A stretch of 61,606 nucleotides of DNA, the filler included, from Circinaria calcarea (lineage: Eukaryota), in the NCBI GenBank assembly GCA_051942165.1. It is 16 parts of 16 records of this genome, joined end to end, with 100 filler letters (N's around TTAATTAATTAA, not from the genome) between each part and the next. Parts side by side here need not be neighbours in the genome. Positions count along the whole stretch, not along the records: positions 46,346 to 50,089 come from JAVECS010002642.1; positions 50,190 to 53,931 come from JAVECS010002643.1; positions 54,032 to 57,769 come from JAVECS010002644.1; positions 57,870 to 61,606 come from JAVECS010002645.1; 12 more parts are not named here. One strand, given 5' to 3'. The translations under genes were made by a program, and so were the position numbers. The notes under the pieces were generated by a model. It was not told the DNA's origin, did no database searches, and worked only from the letters and a program-made list of their open reading frames with translations. Of this stretch, positions 49,489-61,606 are shown in pieces; within the stretch, counting starts at the first letter, position 1; every line of letters starts with the position of its first letter.

Positions 49489-49816
49489 CTAGAAGGTTGT
49501 TATACTGCACGGTGGTGTAACACAAACTTCTAAAGGCAATACGTAGAGTACACCGAGTTACGTGACGAAAACCCCGATACCATTCGTTAGCGTGTCAAAC
49601 CGGAAGATCAATCTCGGGCCGTGCAGGGTGGAACTACTGGTATGCCTAATTCCCAACTCACCCATGACCGCGATAGGGACTTCCCCAACATCGGCCAATG
49701 GTATTGCTGAAATAGCTCCTTTGGTTTTTCAATTTCGTCATACCGTTGAGCCTTCATGAGCACATGACCTACACTGCCCTAATGCGCCAATCGTCCGCCC
49801 ACCACTACTCCCAATT

Positions 49817-50089
49817 ATGCCTGCTTCTCCTTTCGCCCTATCCAACTCGAAGCCTGGGCAAGGGGTAGTCCATCTTACTCTCCTCCCACCTGCTATCCCA
49901 ACCTTTAGCACTCTAGCCTATGCCTATCCCCTCAAACTCCTCCCCTCCGCTCCCCACATCCTCGCCCCCGTTGACTCTCCTTCGTCAACCCCCGCTTCCA
50001 CCAACACGACTTCTCACACACCCCTCCGCCCGACCCTAGTCCCCCTCCTCTTCCTCCTCTCCTACGGTGGCGGCCTCCTTCCCCCAGAT
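49817..50089 (+). CDS. ureD: Urease accessory protein UreD, N-terminal fragment
   Basis: MPASPF..KPGQGVVHLTLLPP..TLAYAYPLKLL..LLFLLSYGGGLLPPD resembles the fungal UreD N-terminus. Confidence 0.8.
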
Positions 50090-50189
50090 NNNNNNNNNNN
50101 NNNNNNNNNNNNNNNNNNNNNNNNNNNNNNNNNTTAATTAATTAANNNNNNNNNNNNNNNNNNNNNNNNNNNNNNNNNNNNNNNNNNNN

Positions 50190-51248
50190 TAGATGACGGA
50201 AAAGATATGGCATTGCAAGGTCGTGATCGATGGACTTTCTAACTCGCATGTCAGTAGCGTTTGACACCTACGGTAAAACCACCGGCCTGCGATGGTCGCA
50301 TCATTGCTGTCTACATCGGCCTTGGGCTCCGCATTCGCATTGCTCCGCGGTATAAAAGCGATACCGTATTGCATACATATAGCAAGGACGATGTCGACAA
50401 GAGCTGACGATTTGCGAGTTGTCCCGGATGATGCCCATAATGACTTGTAATGCTCCCTAAACTCGACGTCGTCAAGAATCTCCAAAGTGCAGTGATATGA
50501 TTGCCAAAACAGGCCCAGGAAGTAATCTTCCTGTATCCCTGTCAAGTAGTTCCCGGTGATTGGCGTTTCTGTTGGCATGAGGTTTTCTTCGAGATTGCCA
50601 CTCCTCGGGCTTGTAGGACTGGCGAAAGACCTACTTGCCGAATTGGGTTGTATGTGATGGTCCGAATGTGGCTGTTGGAGCACCGTACCTAGGTACGAAG
50701 TTATCCGGCCGATGAAGTAGAACGAAGATGACGAGCCGTAATATTGTGTTTGAGGTGACTGTGCAGTGCTCGTGTGGATACCTTCCCAGTACTTCCGATT
50801 TCCTCCATGCTCTCTTAATGGATCGAGATTTGAAAGCTGCGACGCTGCGGATAAGGCTGGCGGGGTTGGAAGTAAGGCCACGCTGTTTTGGATGGAGCGA
50901 TCATGATTCTCAAGCTGTTGCTCCAGTTTCTTGACCTGCAGTCTCAGTCTTTCAATCTCTCTGAGTAGACGTCAGTCAGTCTTCGCCCTATGTAAGGGTG
51001 CGGAAGACAGACCTGATTGCGTGGGGAAGTGCCCGCACTTCACCCGTCCCCTTGTTGCTACACTCTCCACCTCTACTCTGGCAGTTGGAGCACGGGTGAT
51101 TGCTGTCACATTTGATGCGATGTACACGGCACCACTCGCAAGCTCTGGCGACCTGGTTGCGCTTCGGCCTTGCCGGCGTTGTTGGTGGGGCCCTAGGCTG
51201 GTCAGGACGAGGCGAACGGGACGGGGTGCTAACGAAGCTTGTAAACAT
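50190..51248 (-). CDS. Zn(II)2Cys6 transcription factor with fungal-specific TF middle domain, 3' truncated
   Basis: RACEWCRVHRIKCDSNHPCSNCQSRGGEC; downstream YYGSSSSFYF..FLGLFWQSYH..ALVDIVLAI..ESPSITTLQC. Confidence 0.92.
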
Positions 51249-51535
51249 GCTGATACTAACGTATAAAGTATTAGCCGTAAACAAGGACTGTTTTAAGGGC
51301 CGTTGAAATCTTATACCACGAGATTCAAAATTAGTTTAAATTATGAATATGTAATTAAAAAGAAGCTATAAACAAAACCTCTGCTATCTAAATGCTGTGG
51401 GGCTTACCATATTTAGCTTCTCGTCGCTAATAAGGCTATCCGGCGTATTAAACTACCAGAAATCCCTAAGCTATACCATATCCGGTTAAATGCCGCAATA
51501 TGTCCCCGCCCCTTATTTTTAATAATTAGTTAATT

Positions 51536-51755
51536 TGTAAGGGCTCTACCCAAGAACCCCTACGAACCCTACGGGTGAACGATACACCGAGGTCACGAGG
51601 TATTTGCTTAGCGAGAAAGGTTTTCCTCGCGAAATATTACACCAGAATTCTTTAGCAATAATTCATACGCTATGCGAACCAATTGAACACATTATCACAC
51701 AGTTTACCGACCCTTATTCGTAAGATCATTATATTATTCGTAGAGGATCCTTATA
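51536..51755. mobile_element. Putative solo LTR (220 bp), second family
   Basis: Begins TGTAAGG and ends CCTTATA (CCTTACA, the inverse of TGTAAGG, with one C>T change); a second copy at 19362-19515 ends at about the same point; TSD not confirmed. Confidence 0.55.
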
Positions 51756-51868
51756 CTCAGGCACGCCGGACCGTGCGTTTTTTAGATACAAGATTAGAAT
51801 TGGCCAGCTAGGCTGGCACGGACTAGAAGCTGGTGGGTGCAAAAAACGCACGGTCCGGCGTGCCTGAG
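51756..51868. mobile_element. 113-bp MITE with perfect 28-bp TIRs and TA flanks (Tc1/mariner-like)
   Basis: CTCAGGCACGCCGGACCGTGCGTTTTTT (51756-51783) and AAAAAACGCACGGTCCGGCGTGCCTGAG (51841-51868); TA at 51754-51755 and 51869-51870. Confidence 0.85.
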
Positions 51869-52407
51869 TAACGGTTTAAGGGAGAATTTGAGAATAACTC
51901 GAATAAATGCTTAATTGAAAAACGAATAATATTTATAAGCCGAGGAACTACGCTAGACGGAAGGAGCTTCGGAGTGTGCTCCTCCATATGGTAATGTGGT
52001 ACATGGAATAACACACAACGTTGGGGAAGGCCTTTCAAACAATGGAGAAGGCGGCAACATCACTTTCCTTTGGTCTGCGCATTATTTGCAATGCGCTTGC
52101 AAGGTAACTCCCGTCACATAGAGCGCCAGAAACATGTGCATCCGGTTTTTAAAATTTGCGTGCTTATGGTAAGTGGTCGTCGCCTTTCCTAAAGGAGTTA
52201 TGTGTTTTGTTTCCTAATTCGGACTCCATGGGGGTATATCTGCTATATCACTTCCACCAATATGCTGGTCTACGCTTGACGTTGATATACCAAGCCAGCT
52301 TCTTGCTTGGAGCATTGTTTTCCTATTGTCTTGAGCAATCAACGTGTGGACCAAGGCGTTCCTGGTAATTGCACTGAAATTTATCGTGATCCACTTCCGC
52401 ATGCATA

Positions 52408-53931
52408 ATGGCCGATACTACTACTTCTACACCAATATCTACCTTAGCCAGCCAACTCGACGTCGAGAAATTTCCCAATGAAATCGGTCCCGCTGAAGTC
52501 TGTTCTGCTGAAAATGGCTCCGCTGAAACCGGCTCAAGCCGGGAGGAGAAACAGCTCTCGACCATCCATGCTGAGGCCGAACCGAGGCGTGAAGTCACTG
52601 GATTTCGCTGGTTCCTAGTCTGCGTGGCCATCTTCTCCTCCAACGTCCTCTACGGCCTCGACACCACCATTGCGGCTGACATTCAAGCCTCTGTCTCCGA
52701 GACCTTTGGCAATGTCACCCAGCTGGGTTGGCTTGGTGTCGGGTTTACCCTGGGCTCCACTGTGGCCATACTGCCGCTGGGCAAAGCGTACACGATATTC
52801 GACACGAAATGGATATTCATCGGCTGCCTTACCATGTTTGCTGCTGGAAGTGCGCTGTGTGGTGCTGCGCCGTCTATGAATGCGATCATTATTGGCCGAG
52901 TGTGGGCCGGCGCTGGAGGTGCGGGGATGTACCTTGGGTAATGTTTTAAGAAGTGTGGTTTTAGACTGTTGAATACTGATAGTGGAAAAAGCACCTTGAA
53001 TCTTGTCACTATCATAAGTACTCCGAAGGAGCAGCCGTTTTACATAGGCATTACGGGATTCGTTTATGGCAGCGGATGTATTTTGGGGCCTATTGTGGGA
53101 GGTTCCTTGGCCGATAGTGCTGCTACATGGCGATGGGTGAGTTACGCGTGTGGATTGACTATCGTCCCCGCCGGTAATTCTGCTAATGCTTGTCAATCAG
53201 GCTTTCTACATTAACCTGGTAATCTTCGGGGCCATGACTCCCATCTACCTGTTTTTGCTCCCGTCACTCCCGCGTCAACCGAGTACGACTTTTATGCAAA
53301 AGATAAAAGCCCTCGACTGGCTAGGGACGGTTCTAACCGCTGGCTTATATGTTTCTTTTACAGTGGCTTTCTCCTTTGGAGGGGCTATCTGGGCTTGGAA
53401 TAATAGTCGTGTCATTGCCCTAATCGTGGTTTTTGGCATCCTTACCGTCGCTTTCGGCGTGACCCAGCATTATTCGGTGTTCACTAACAAGAAGGATCGG
53501 CTGTTCCCATGTGAATTCCTTCGCAGCCCACAGCTTATACTGCTCTACGTTTGTATGGCTTGCGGTGGTGCTGCTTTATTCGTCTCCGTTTACTATATTC
53601 CGCTTTACTTTCTATTCGTCCACGGCGATAGTGGTACTCAAGCAGCTGTCCGCCTCCTCCCGTTTATCTGCTTTTACGTCGCCACCATCCTACTCTGTGG
53701 AGCTGCGATGGGACGGATTGGCTATCATATGGTATGGTACCTCATCAGCGGCATTTTTCTAACATGTGGTGGCGTTACGATGTACACAGTGCGCAGAGAC
53801 ACGCCGGCCGCGAATATTTACGGGTATGCAATCCTCTTGGGCCTGGGGATGACGACCACTCAGGCAGGATATGCGGTAGGGCCCCTCCTGGTGAAGCCAG
53901 ACCGGGTCGCCGAGGTCATCCAATTCTTGAA
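52408..53931 (+). CDS. MFS efflux transporter (DHA2/14-TM type), multi-exon, 3' truncated
   Basis: LYGLDTTIAADIQ..QLGWLGVGF..GSALCGAAPSMNAIIIGRVWAGAGGAG..GPIVGGSLADSAATWRWAFYINL..LDWLG. Confidence 0.93.
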
Positions 53932-56900
53932 NNNNNNNNNNNNNNNNNNNNNNNNNNNNNNNNNNNNNNNNNNNNTTAATTAATTAANNNNNNNNNNNNN
54001 NNNNNNNNNNNNNNNNNNNNNNNNNNNNNNNTGTCGTGAGTGGTGCTTGGTGGATCATCATATGATTCAAAAAGGATATTATCGACTTCCTTTCTCGGAG
54101 GCTATACGTTTATTAGAGCAATTTCCTGCGACAATCCTAGAAAATCAGAATGGGCAGGGCATTGCAGGAGTACTGGGATTATGCTGTTGCAATCTTGTGG
54201 CGATTATATTGGGCATTGATAGGAGTAGGCAGCGGCAAAGGTAGGGTACTCAGCAATTGAAGGCTTCCTTGTATAGTACGTATTGTCCAACGTTCATGGA
54301 TCTGATTTGAACAATTCTATCTTTCTCTGAAAATGCATTGTATTATCTGCTGCTTCTGGTCCTCTATGCTCATTTCCTCATATCACGCTTCTAGTGGAAC
54401 CACTATTGTCACGTCTGCCCGTTATACTCCTAAGGCGGGAAGGCCCTCTAAACGTTCCTAGATCGACCGAACTACAGGGAAGCAACGTGTCATGAATGAG
54501 CAGATCCATCCCCATATTTGCGCCATTACTGATGCGCTGACATGCTGGTAAACGGGTGGCAGGGATAGGAGAATCAAAATAAGCTATGTAGGTTATCTAG
54601 TCGAGCTGCTATTCACAGGACGACCAAGAATGCTTTGGGATGTAAGGGACTGGTCATCCTCTTTTCTCCAAAAAGCATGGAGGTTTTCTCCAAGCTAAGA
54701 ACAACCCTGAAACGGGTTGACTAGCACCATCTGATCCACACCTATTCCGGAACCTCAATGCCTTTCTCGCCTCCTTTCTCTTCATATTCTGCCGTGGAGC
54801 TTGTAACTTTTCAGTTGAGACGTTACCACCAACCGAGAAGCCTTTTCTGTCGGCATTGTGCTCTAAACTTCCCTAACTTCCTACGGTGTATATATGAGTT
54901 TACAAAAGAAACGTTATATATATCTTATGTAGGACATGGTCTAAAGCTTGGCCGACTACACGGTACAAGATAGCTAAGAATTAAGCTTACGAGGGTCGGC
55001 CTTCCCAACTAACGTCTGAGACGAGTAATTATCGAGGCGGGAAGGATGCCCCTAAGCATGGACAACACTGAAGTCTCGGGAAGAAATTCGAAACGCCAAA
55101 TAATTTATACAGCGCGGTTCACTCACGGGAAAAGCTTTATATATGATTACCAAACCCCTTTGAAATCCGGGTGCGACAAACCTGCTCGGCCATAGCCTCT
55201 CCTCCATGATCGATACAACTTTCCCTCGAAAACCATGCCTGCCTGTATTATGTTTTCCTTCTCACATAAGCATGCGATAGCAGCACCACAGAGATGGGAT
55301 TGCCAGTAGACAGTTAGAAATTAGATAGAAGGTCTTCCTAAATCGCAATAGGACTTGTCCCACTATATAGATATGTTGAAATGCTGACGTTCACACCACA
55401 GTTTTTGGCTGGTACTTCTATTGATACGAAAACCATTGATACCCTTCTTCCCGTTTTTTATTGACGGTGTTCGCAAGTTCCACTTATTGGGTCTGTCCAC
55501 AAACTGCTTAAAGAAGGACTCGATCAGCAAGGCGTTAATTCTGATAATACCGTTATATCTCTTTTATTTCGAGATGAACTTTCGCCTTATTATCGTTTTT
55601 AGTCTTACTAAATTTATCTCTTAATAATGCTCTTATTGTTTAGAGCCGCATAATATTATCAACAATGCTTTTTGATATAAGGAAATATACCATGTGCTTG
55701 ACTGTTTGCAATGGGTAGGACTAACGTGTGCATATGTAGATGCCTCCAAAAAGGAAGGTTGCCGGTGACCTCGCCGATCTCGCGCCAAGGCGTCACTTAT
55801 AGAAACCATACCCGTATTTGAAACTGTAGGTTACCTAGGTCAGCGAGGCTCTGTTGAGGAAAAGAAAGGGGATGTTAAAGTTTTGTCCGTCAAGGTCGAG
55901 GAGAGGCGCAACGAGGCGCTTTTGGAAATGTGGAGAGAGGAGATGGGCATCGAGGCCCGAATAACCGGGCCCTAACCTTAGCTAATTAAGAAAATCAAGG
56001 CCTAGCTTTTATGAAATAAGGCCCGCGGAAAGATTTTCAAGAGTCTTCAAGTTGCAACTCTGTTCGCCGACATATATAAAAGGAGCCCCTTCAGGACTTG
56101 ACCCGGAAAAGAGCCTGCATAGCAGACGACAGAAATGGGACTACGAAATCGGAACACCTCTTCAACTGGTCAACTAGATATGCGATATCTTTAACGAGAG
56201 GCAACAACCCAGTGGTGACATCACCACAGGATAAAACGGAATGAACCGATAGGGTTATTAAACCCATAGCCTATACGTTATAGTACGTCTTAGGAGTAAA
56301 GACCGACTCGCGTTGAGAATGTTGGAGACTGGCCAGGTAGCTGCGGAGCAAACTTTAAAAACGCCAATAAGGCTAAACACATTTTTGAGCTGATGAGATC
56401 CGGCTGTGGTCTCCATGTAAGGCTTCCTATTGCACGATCCAATGTGCGAGATTTTCTTATTATTCATTACCGGTACTTTTAGTCTGTTCCCGTGCTAACG
56501 AATACATGCTCAATTTATATCAAATGGTTCACGTGGTATCAGAACTGAAATTATACGAGCAGGAATCGAAAATGAGCGTCTTATTTCTTAGCTTCTTTAA
56601 TCCCGGTTTGCCTCGCGGTCGTTTTCGACGGACAGGGGAGATGGTAGTAAGTAGAATAATAATGGATCGTTTCAAGATAAGGGAAAAAGTAATATATTGC
56701 TACAAAAGAAAACGCATATTGAAGACTCTATCAGTAAATATCGGGGAGAGGTATTAAACACTTTGGAAATTTGACCTCGGATTGCCGCCGACCAATACCT
56801 CGACGGGAAGACTGATGGGGATCTTTTGTGCCGGGCAGAATACGACGGGCAGGGGTAGCAAAAAAAGGGAAGAGAGCGTCCAAATTATCTATAGGAGGGA

Positions 56901-57869
56901 TGAAAAAGATTAGGGGTATTTTGCAAGAATAAAGCAATTCCATCCCAAAACGCTAGCAAGACTTTGCAATAAGCATGCGCGGAGAGACCCATCTATATAT
57001 CGAATAATTAGAGAAGCTAATACACTCCGAGTACCTCTCGGCGAGAGCAGAGCTCAACTCCCGCACGAGCACTATATAGCCGTCGGAGCATTCAGCAAGG
57101 ACTCATAATAGAAATTATTCGAGATACCTCCTTGCTACAGCCATTCCTCCAAACCAGCTCCAGTATGCTTCCTATATCGGCAACCGATTGCTCTTCTCCC
57201 AACACTCACACTCTACGTTACCGCGGTCTTGGTTCTCGCAGATGCATGTCTATCTTTCCACTCCGCAGACGACTCCCTCAATCTCAGACGATTAGGGAAT
57301 CAAATGAGGTTATCGGCCTATTGCCTTTTCAGGGGTTGAATTGGAGAGAAAGTCACGAATGTAAGTCGGGTTACGAGAAAGAGCCTGCGTGGCAAGCTGC
57401 CAGCTTAAGCGATATGGGAAAATCCGTTTTCAAAGGACTCTAATAGAGTTTTTCTGACAACCAAGACCGAAGCCCGAAATGGGCGGTTTGTGTTATACTC
57501 GCCAAAACCCAGCAGGAAACCTGTCGTACAAGAGATTAGTCCAATTTGAGAAGGCAGAGAAAGAGAAAAGAAAAACGCAGAAACTTAATAGACGCAACAC
57601 AATCAGCGAGTCTTAAAAATAGCCCGGCAGGCTTAACAAGTATAGTCGGGGAAGCTCATGGCTTAGATGCTGAAGAAAAGTGTGAAAGTGGTAGATATTT
57701 ATCCTTCCTCCTCTTCTTGATAACGTGGAGCACTTCATCGGGTCTATAAGAGGTGGGAGACAGATTCATNNNNNNNNNNNNNNNNNNNNNNNNNNNNNNN
57801 NNNNNNNNNNNNNTTAATTAATTAANNNNNNNNNNNNNNNNNNNNNNNNNNNNNNNNNNNNNNNNNNNN

Positions 57870-58652
57870 GTGTTGTGCGAATTGATGTTTCCGCCGAGCT
57901 TAATCAGGAGTTCGAACGCTTGTGGTGCGCCTTGGGCGAGAGTGGAAAGATGGGTGATGGAGGGTAGAAGGGTGGAGAGAGTTTGCCCGATGGTAGATGT
58001 AGGCAGGCGAGATGGCAGAGAATCGGCGAGGCGGTGGAGATCGAAGTTCAGCATCGTCATCTTGCGCTCGAGTTGATTGGAAAAGGTGCTGGCTGCGATA
58101 GGGCTTGTAGCCATGGTCAAGGCGAGACGCGGCGTAAGGTCTTTGATAGCATGTCAGCTGGCGCATTCGAGGAGCGGAAGAAATCACGATGTACTTACCG
58201 GGTCGCAGGCCCCGTTTGTCGATCCACGCATGCATGTCGGCGCGCTCATCTTCCAACTGCTGCACTTGAAGGTTGGCGTCTTCGAGGTCGGATTTCAGGA
58301 GCTCGATTTGTTCGACATAAGGTTTGATGGCCTCGTTGAAAGCTCGGGTCAATGGATCAGGAGTACTGGCTAAGTTTAAGGGGGCCGTATGCATTGTCGC
58401 ATCGCTCGAGGTGCCTGCTGGTCGCGGAGGCGACGAGAGAATCTGCTCTTGAGGCGCTGATCGTCGGTACGACTGTAACATATCCTGCGAGTTGTGCGTG
58501 CTCGGGTACTGGGTGTCCTTGAAAGCCGAGGTGGGACTGTTGTCGTTGTAGGAAGTAGATGGACGGAAGTTAGGCATCGAGTTCGCGTTCTGGAAGTCTT
58601 GTTCGCCTTTGGATGATCGGTCTCGAGATAATCGTCGGAAGAAGGATGTCAT
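57870..58652 (-). CDS. Conserved-looking hypothetical fungal coiled-coil protein, spliced, 3' truncated
   Basis: MTSFFRRLSR..LTRAFNEAIKPYVEQIELLK..ADMHAWIDKRGLRP, then a GTAAGT..GCTGAC..AG intron into ORF 57818..58120 (QLERKMTMLNFDLHRL). Confidence 0.7.
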
Positions 58653-59340
58653 AATCTTTGGGATTGAGACTCTCGTACTTCGGACAGTGCGAGTCAAATA
58701 TAGAGTCGGAGATTACGATGAGGTTGGTTCAATTGATGTGGCTGGCCGTTCAACGACGGTTTAAGTATCGGTAGGATTGGGCTTGGTGATGGTGGAGAAA
58801 GGGGGAGAGGGGGGGGTTGGGTTGGTAAACACTAAGGATGGAGAACCCTGCGAGCAGGCATCCCTCGATCGTGTAATTACATGACCGGTTGGGCACACCA
58901 GGCACACGGGAACATACACCTGCATGGCAGCTTAAGCTTCTACCTATCACCGTCTTGCCATTGTCTTTAGTCGCTCACGATGACACGTAAGATGGAGACA
59001 TGGGTTGAGAAGACCATTCGATGGAGAACGCAAAAAGTGGTGGGCTCCTCGGCATTCGGGAGCTATGGCGACGCCTCAGCACCTGTACGGAGAGTAGCCT
59101 TCTAATCTGCCGAACAGGATCTACACAATGCAAGGCCACCACCCTCCTGTCCCGCGAGCAGTTGATTGACTTCATCGTCTACAATCCGTCCCCGTTCAAG
59201 TCAACTCCGTAGATGTTACGGGCAGCTCGACGAGGGGGACTGTTCAGGGGAGTGATTTGACTTCCTTCTCAAGATGCTGTTACGGATTAATCCGAGCTTC
59301 TTTGCCTTCTAGCGCCGGCAGCTAAGATTGGCTGATTCCC

Positions 59341-59368
59341 CCGGCTCCGGCTCCGGCTCCGGCTCCGG
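59341..59368. repeat. (CCGGCT)n hexanucleotide microsatellite in a divergent promoter
   Basis: CCGGCT x4 plus CCGG. Confidence 0.7.
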
Positions 59369-59596
59369 TTCTCGCTCGGCCGAACTCCGCTCAGAAACAA
59401 CGGAAAATGAGGCTTGCATAAGAGCATCATCCGCTTTTGTGATAACGCGTATAAAACTTTTTTAATTCTCCCGAAAAGCCGCCAAGACCGATTCAACCCC
59501 CAAGCACATATCTCCCACCAGACTTCTGTACTCTACCAGATCCACTTATCGATACAACAAACCAGTCAAAACAGCATCGATTCGTCCTCAACCAAC

Positions 59597-60837
59597 ATGG
59601 CACCTGCCGTGGTGGAGGCGGTTGCCCAGTCCGCCGCGAAGGACTACAAGAAAGAATCTGCTGCGGCACGATTACTTGGTTCTGGTAGGATGGCATTGTC
59701 TGGTATACAATAGCTGTAACCTAACTCAAATAGGCTCCGCTGGCATTGCAGAGCTTGCAATATTCCATCCCGTACTATCTTCACCCTCCGCCCCGAATAC
59801 CGTTACTGACCCTTACTTAGGTTGACACGATAGCGAAGCGATTGATGAGCAACCAAGGCAAAGTACAACTGTCCTCCATACTCCTTCCTTCCAGGCTTTG
59901 ACATAGTGTAGATCACTTCCGTATCCAAGCTCAACACGGTCATCTTCAAAGAGTACTCCGGCGCAAAGATTGGGCGCAAGTTTACGTCACTTTTCCCTGG
60001 TCTTGGCTACGCTGCCGGATACAAGGTGAGAAGTTGAGAAGTGGGACTGATAGACCAATGGCTGACAGTTGCAATTGCCTAGATTCTACAAAGAATATAC
60101 AAATATGGCGGTCAACCGTTTGCTCGTGATTACCTTGCCCTACACCACGGTGATAAGTTTGACAGGACCTTTGGCAAGGGAACAGGGAAGGCGATCATGC
60201 ACGCGACTGCTGGAAGGTAGGTAACGGCCGTGGAATAAGGTTACGAAATACTGATCATGCCGAGAATAGCCTCATTGGCATTGGCGAGATAATACTACTT
60301 CCTTTAGATGTCCTCAAGATCAAACGACAAACAAATCCAGAAGCTTTCCGAGGTCGAGGAGTCTTTCGAATCGTGGCCGATGAAGGGATGGGTCTTTACC
60401 GGGGTGCCGGCTGGACAGCGGCCAGAAACGCACCTGGCTCATTTGCTGTACGAATCATGTTTTACCTTCCGAGGACTGGCGTGGTGCTAATTGTTTCTCA
60501 GCTCTTCGGCGGCTCTGCCTTTGCAAAAGAGAAGATATTCAAACTCAAAGATTATAATTCCGCGTCCTGGTACCAAAACTTCATCGCCTCCATAGCAGGC
60601 GCCTCCGCATCTCTCATCGTCTCGGCGCCTCTAGATGTCATTAAAACGAGGATACAAAACCGGAATTTTGACAACCCCGAGAGCGGATTCAGAATCGTGA
60701 GCAGTATGATGAAGAACGAGGGGTTTACCAGTTTCTTCAAGGGATTAACGCCAAAGCTGCTGATGACGGGGCCGAAGCTAGTCTTTAGCTTTTGGCTGGC
60801 ACAAACACTGATACCGGCGTTTAACAAAGTGGTTTAA
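59597..60837 (+). CDS. GGC1: Mitochondrial GTP/GDP carrier, multi-exon
   Basis: ARLLGSGSAGIAELAIFHPVDTIAKRLMSN..LFPGLGYAAGYKILQRIYKYGGQP..LPLDVLKIKRQTNPE..PKLLMTGPKLVFSF. Confidence 0.95.
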
Positions 60838-61237
60838 GGTGGTGGATATGATGAGAGATAAGTATTACGTTGATGGTCCAGCATTAACTCTGCCGTGGTA
60901 AGGATAATGGAAAAGCTGGACTTGTAAATATGGCATAGATGAGAGGTTACCTTGGCGAGATACTCCACTTCGGCCAGATGTACTCCTTGTACGAGTAGGA
61001 GTTCTCGTGTAAATACTTAGAATGTATATCAGACCGTTTTAATTCGAAGCCAAACCCAAACCATCGCTATGCAACTGCACCGCAATCCAGAAGCTCTAGC
61101 AATACCTCAATAAGGTGTTTCGAGTAACCTCTTTCGCCCCAGGATCTTCCGTCCTTCACCTAGTTCTCTTTTTCTCTACCACATAGTCCCTCTACTGGCA
61201 CCTATCCTCCCCCCTCCCCTCAATCATCCCCTCCGAT

Positions 61238-61548
61238 TCACAAATCCCCCCGAACTCCCCGTCTCCACGTGCTTTTCCCGCAATTCCCCCAAGATCCCTT
61301 GCCTCTGATCACCGCTTAAAATCCCTAACCGACTAGATCCAATCCTCACCAATTCATCAGCCCCTTTCCCCGCATGCCTCAATTCCAAGCACCAACATGA
61401 GAGGGAGAAGAAAATGAAGGCTCACCGGGCCCCCGTCCGCCCCATCTCGACCCAACCGTTCCAAGTCCCTCGTTCCCGCTCCTCGCGCCGGATCCGCACG
61501 CCGGCGGCCAGGAGGCCGATTGTCAGGGCGAAGACGGGGTCGGCGTAT
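61238..61548 (-). CDS. NCE101: Non-classical export protein 1 family, last two exons
   Basis: YADPVFALTIGLLAAGVRIRREERERG.., then a GTGAGC..GCTGAT..TAG intron to RRLGILSG..*; first exon lies beyond the window end. Confidence 0.7.
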
Positions 61549-61606
61549 CTGTTTGTGGAAAGAAGGGGGGGTGTTATTTGGTTTGTGGGGAATAAGGGGG
61601 AATGGG

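Noticed and set aside
50190..57769. Secondary-metabolite cluster extending from the TF/MFS pair into following sequence
   Set aside because: A linker at 53932-54031 separates the contigs, and no backbone enzyme is visible.

Overview
This window is not a continuous locus. It is 16 unrelated contigs of about 3.74-3.78 kb, sorted by decreasing length and joined by 100-nt artificial linkers (44 N + TTAATTAATTAA + 44 N), so neighbourhood arguments only hold within a contig. The DNA is from a filamentous ascomycete: short GT-AG introns with CTRAY branch sites, dispersed 5S rRNA and RIP-like C>T/G>A decay. A lichen-forming fungus is a guess from the secreted-protein families. Housekeeping genes, many cut at contig ends, include PMP3, gamma-tubulin, polyamine oxidase, an AN1 zinc-finger protein, a TenA-like protein, COG5, SYS1, DPM1, PSF3, MAP1, a TLC-domain protein, SCC3, ureD, GGC1 and NCE101. 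Accessory content includes two PTH11-like receptors, a Zn2Cys6 TF/MFS divergent pair, several secreted proteins and several pseudogenes. The most notable observations: (1) a KP4 killer-toxin-like domain that, once a 55-nt intron is removed, gains a Ser/Thr stalk and a GPI-type tail, i.e. a possible surface-tethered KP4; (2) a ~150-bp TIR element family (CAG[C/G]GCCGCCAGTAGTCCA) on three contigs, each time abutting gene sequence: it supplies a receptor's C-terminus, truncates a secreted repeat peptide and is fused to a decayed 5S copy; (3) a solo LTR with a 5-bp TSD, a putative second LTR family and a TA-flanked MITE; (4) a cryptic three-exon RRM-like gene and a J-like protein lacking HPD. All assignments are by eye; no searches were run.
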